Below are positions 61,388-64,000 of a stretch of DNA of 64,000 bases, piece by piece; within the stretch, counting starts at the first letter, position 1, and the number at the start of each line of letters is the position of its first letter. The position numbers and the translations under genes were made by a program. Source of the stretch: Chromatiales bacterium (lineage in GTDB: Bacteria; Pseudomonadota; Gammaproteobacteria; CAMYNG01); NCBI GenBank assembly GCA_027005735.1, contig JALTLF010000218.1:22935-86934 (forward strand). Reading direction: 5' to 3'. The notes beneath the pieces are model-generated. The model did no database searches. It saw only the letters and a program-made list of their open reading frames with translations, and was not told the DNA's origin.

Positions 61388-62464
61388 TTAGAAACGAATG
61401 TGCGTGGAGGCATTCAGGCTGGCACGAGCGCCGCGCCAGTTGTCCACGTGGTACTTGGTGAACGGCAGACCGGTAACCTCGAAGAAGCGCGGCCAGCCGA
61501 TACGCTCGATCCACTCGTTGATACGCTCCCAGTCCTTCGCGCCTGCCTTGTATTCCTTGAGAATACGCTTGACGATGGCGGTTGCTTCCGGCCAACGCGG
61601 CGGGTTGTTGGGGATGCCGGCGGCGACCAGCTTCTGGAAGGTCGGCTTGCCGCGAGCATTGGAGTGGTTACCACCCACCCAGATGGCCAGCTTGGTGTGC
61701 TCGGCGTCGTTGATCTGCATCGGCGGGCAGGGCGGGAAGCAGGCACCGCAGCAGATGCACTTCTTCTCGTCAACTTCCAGCGAGGGCTTGCCGTTGACCA
61801 TGGCCGGGCGGATGGCCGCAACCGGGCAACGTGCAACCACGGAAGGACGTTCGCAGACGTTGGCAACCTGGTCGTGGTTGATCTTCGGCGGCTTGGTATG
61901 CTGAACGTTGATGGCGATATCACCCTGGCCGCCGCAGTTGATCTGGCAGCAGGAGGTGGTGATGTGCACGCGGTTCGGCATGTTGCAGTTTTTGAACTCG
62001 TCGATGAGCTCGTCCATCATGGACTTCACCACGCCCGAGGCATCGGTGCCGGGGATGTCGCAGTGCAGCCAGCCCTGGGTATGGGACAGGGTGGTGACGG
62101 AGTTTGCGGTACCGCCGACGACGAAACCGGCGTCCTCGATGGCCTTGATCAGCGGATCGACCTTGGCCTCATCGGTAACGACGTACTCGATGTTGGAACG
62201 CAGGGTGAAGCGGATGTAACCCTCGGCATACTTGTCGCCGATGTCGCACAGGGTGCGCAGGCTGAAGACATCGAGGATACGCTGGGTACCGACCTTGATG
62301 GTCCAGATCTTCTCACCGCTCTTGGCAACGTGCAGCAGCACACCCGGCTTGACGTTTTCGTGGTAGTCCCACAGGCCGTAGTTACGACGCATGGTGGGGT
62401 GCATGTACTGAAACCCATCCGGACAACCGGACTCAATGGGCTGACGCATTTCTTCTAACGCCAT
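61388..62464 (-). CDS. dsrB: Reverse-type dissimilatory sulfite reductase beta subunit
   Basis: Siroheme-[4Fe-4S] site TTSCCQINCGGQ, ferredoxin insert CICCGACFPPCP; 358 aa. Confidence 0.93.
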   Translation of the reverse strand: MALEEMRQPIESGCPDGFQYMHPTMRRNYGLWDYHENVKPGVLLHVAKSGEKIWTIKVGTQRILDVFSLRTLCDIGDKYAEGYIRFTLRSNIEYVVTDEAKVDPLIKAIEDAGFVVGGTANSVTTLSHTQGWLHCDIPGTDASGVVKSMMDELIDEFKNCNMPNRVHITTSCCQINCGGQGDIAINVQHTKPPKINHDQVANVCERPSVVARCPVAAIRPAMVNGKPSLEVDEKKCICCGACFPPCPPMQINDAEHTKLAIWVGGNHSNARGKPTFQKLVAAGIPNNPPRWPEATAIVKRILKEYKAGAKDWERINEWIERIGWPRFFEVTGLPFTKYHVDNWRGARASLNASTHIRF

Positions 62465-62513
62465 TGTAATCTCCTGAAATTATTGAATTCGTTGTAAGTC
62501 GAATGCGTAATGC

Positions 62514-63764
62514 TTAGCCAGCGGCTTCTTCGGCCTTGCGGGCAAACCACTTCTCGGCTTCCTCGTCCCAGCCGTCGGTGCGCACATAGGAGCACTGGCG
62601 CGGGTTGTTGATCATATGCGGATCAACATCGACGCCGACACCTTCGAGGAAGTTCACCAGGCCGATACGCTCGATCATCTCGCCGCAGCGCTCGTGCTCG
62701 AGGCCGTTCTCGGCCCAGAAGTCGATGACTTCCTCGGCAAACTCGACCAGCGACTCGTAGTCTTCAGCGGTTTCGAGCTTCTTGAAGGGAATGACGACGG
62801 TACCCATGAGGTCGCCGATCTTCAGGGTGCGCTTGCCACCGATGAGGATGGTCACGCCACGGTCGTTACCCGGCGACAGGGCCTTGGGCATGACGTTCAG
62901 GCAGTGCATGCAGCGTACGCAGTTGCTGTTGTCGACCGTCAGGGTGTTGTCTTCGTTCAGCGTCATGCAGTTGGTCGGGCAACGGCTGGTGACGTTGTCG
63001 ATGACATAGTCGCGGCCCTTTTTCTCGACGAAGGCCTTGACTTCATCCTGGTTGATGACCATGTCATCGCGCCAGGTGCCAATCACGGCGAAGTCGGAAC
63101 GCTCGATGGCGTTCTGGCAGTCATTGGGGCAACCGGAGATCTTGAACTTGAACTTGTAGGGCAGGGCCGGACGATGTACATCGTCGGTAAAGTTGTTGAG
63201 CAGGTGACGATGGATCGCATGCTCGTTGCAGCAGGACTGCTCGCAGCGGGCCGCGCCTACGCAGGACATGCCGGTACGTACGCAGGGGCCGGCACCACCG
63301 AGGTCCCAACCGTATTCGTTGATTTCATCGAAGAAGTGCTGCGTGCCATCGGTGTCGGTACCGATGAACATGATGTTACCGGTCTGGCCGTGGAAGGTGA
63401 TCAGGCCGGAACCGTGCTTCTCCCAGCTATCGGCCAGCTGGCGCAGCATGTCGGTGCTGTAGTAGTTGCCCGCGGGCGGCTGAACGCGCAGGGTGTGGAA
63501 TTCCTTGGACTCGGGGAAGGCGTCACCGACTTCGGAGAAACGCGGGATGATGCCGCCGCCGTAACCGAATACGGAAACCGTGCCGCCTTTCCAGTAACCC
63601 TTGCGGGTCTCGTAGGAGTGCTCCAGCTGACCAAGCAGACTGCCGCACACTTCGTTGATACGCTTCTCGGGATGTTCGTCACGTAAGCGCTTGATACCGC
63701 TGATGAAGCTCGGCCAGGGGCCGTTTTCCAGCTCGTCAAGCATCGGTGTTTCGTATTTTGGCAT
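62514..63764 (-). CDS. dsrA: Reverse-type dissimilatory sulfite reductase alpha subunit
   Basis: CVRTGMSCVGAARCEQSCC..., ferredoxin domain CPTNCMTLNED...CVRCMHCLNVMP; 416 aa. An AGGAG SD lies 7 nt upstream of the ATG. Confidence 0.93.
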   Translation of the reverse strand: MPKYETPMLDELENGPWPSFISGIKRLRDEHPEKRINEVCGSLLGQLEHSYETRKGYWKGGTVSVFGYGGGIIPRFSEVGDAFPESKEFHTLRVQPPAGNYYSTDMLRQLADSWEKHGSGLITFHGQTGNIMFIGTDTDGTQHFFDEINEYGWDLGGAGPCVRTGMSCVGAARCEQSCCNEHAIHRHLLNNFTDDVHRPALPYKFKFKISGCPNDCQNAIERSDFAVIGTWRDDMVINQDEVKAFVEKKGRDYVIDNVTSRCPTNCMTLNEDNTLTVDNSNCVRCMHCLNVMPKALSPGNDRGVTILIGGKRTLKIGDLMGTVVIPFKKLETAEDYESLVEFAEEVIDFWAENGLEHERCGEMIERIGLVNFLEGVGVDVDPHMINNPRQCSYVRTDGWDEEAEKWFARKAEEAAG

Positions 63765-63898
63765 GTCGCACTCCTTAAACGATTAAACTCAGCATTGAAA
63801 TTGTTCGGTTACCGGATAACAGTCTTCACCAACCATCAGTCCGCGGGCCGGGGGCCCTTTTGCTGGGGTGAGAAGTCTAGGTATCTCTTCACAATTCG

Positions 63899-63928
63899 CA
63901 TACCCCACCTATGGGGTGGGGGTGGTAT
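63899..63928. promoter_or_regulatory. Imperfect palindrome about 135-165 bp upstream of dsrA; candidate regulator operator
   Basis: ATACCCCACC-TATG-GGGTGGGGGTGGTAT sits in the AT-richer dsrA leader/promoter region. Confidence 0.3.
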
Positions 63929-64000
63929 TTATCAGTTATCCCTATTGGGATATAAGACTTGGGGCGCAGATTGTGCCTTAATTACGCCCCGTTTGGGAGT

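Overview
This 64 kb window comes from a high-GC (about 65-67%) gammaproteobacterial chromosome of a sulfur oxidizer, probably Chromatiales/Ectothiorhodospiraceae-like. Roughly the first 26 kb is housekeeping core whose gene order is a mosaic of the E. coli and Pseudomonas arrangements: acnA (partial), hflD-mnmA-nudix-rluE, a PAS-GGDEF-EAL sensor, icd, cspD, clpS-clpA, infA, bpt-aat, a FemAB-like DUF482 acyltransferase, trxB, ald, ftsK-lolA-rarA-crcB-DUF190-serS, a BI-1/YccA-family protein and tRNA-Ser(UGA). Immediately downstream of the tRNA (27.1-37.0 kb) is the part most worth follow-up: a compact, co-directional nine-gene locus made almost entirely of signalling domains. It holds four FHA domains, a PP2C phosphatase, a Hanks Ser/Thr kinase with a PEGA domain and a novel five-fold repeat ectodomain, a secreted paralogue of that ectodomain, a TM-anchored periplasmic vWA protein, two periplasmic trypsin-like proteases each fused through a TM helix to a cytoplasmic FHA domain (one protease degenerate), and an orphan MotA/TolQ/ExbB-like channel. 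No T6SS, integrase or other known partner system is present. I interpret it as an uncharacterised envelope phospho-Thr signalling and regulated-proteolysis module. Next come uvrY/gacA, a GNAT, a 2OG-Fe oxygenase, several conserved hypotheticals, a Sel1 protein, grxC, cysG (siroheme), a stand-alone S24 peptidase, a rhodanese, and a NarL/NarX-type two-component pair whose kinase carries a Cys-rich GAF domain. The last 14 kb is a complete reverse-type dsrABEFHCMKLJOPNR sulfur-oxidation operon on the minus strand; an Lpd-like flavoprotein disulfide reductase occupies the position where Allochromatium has dsrS. Coordinates are taken from the ORF track; internal start codons were placed by codon offset and are approximate to a few codons.
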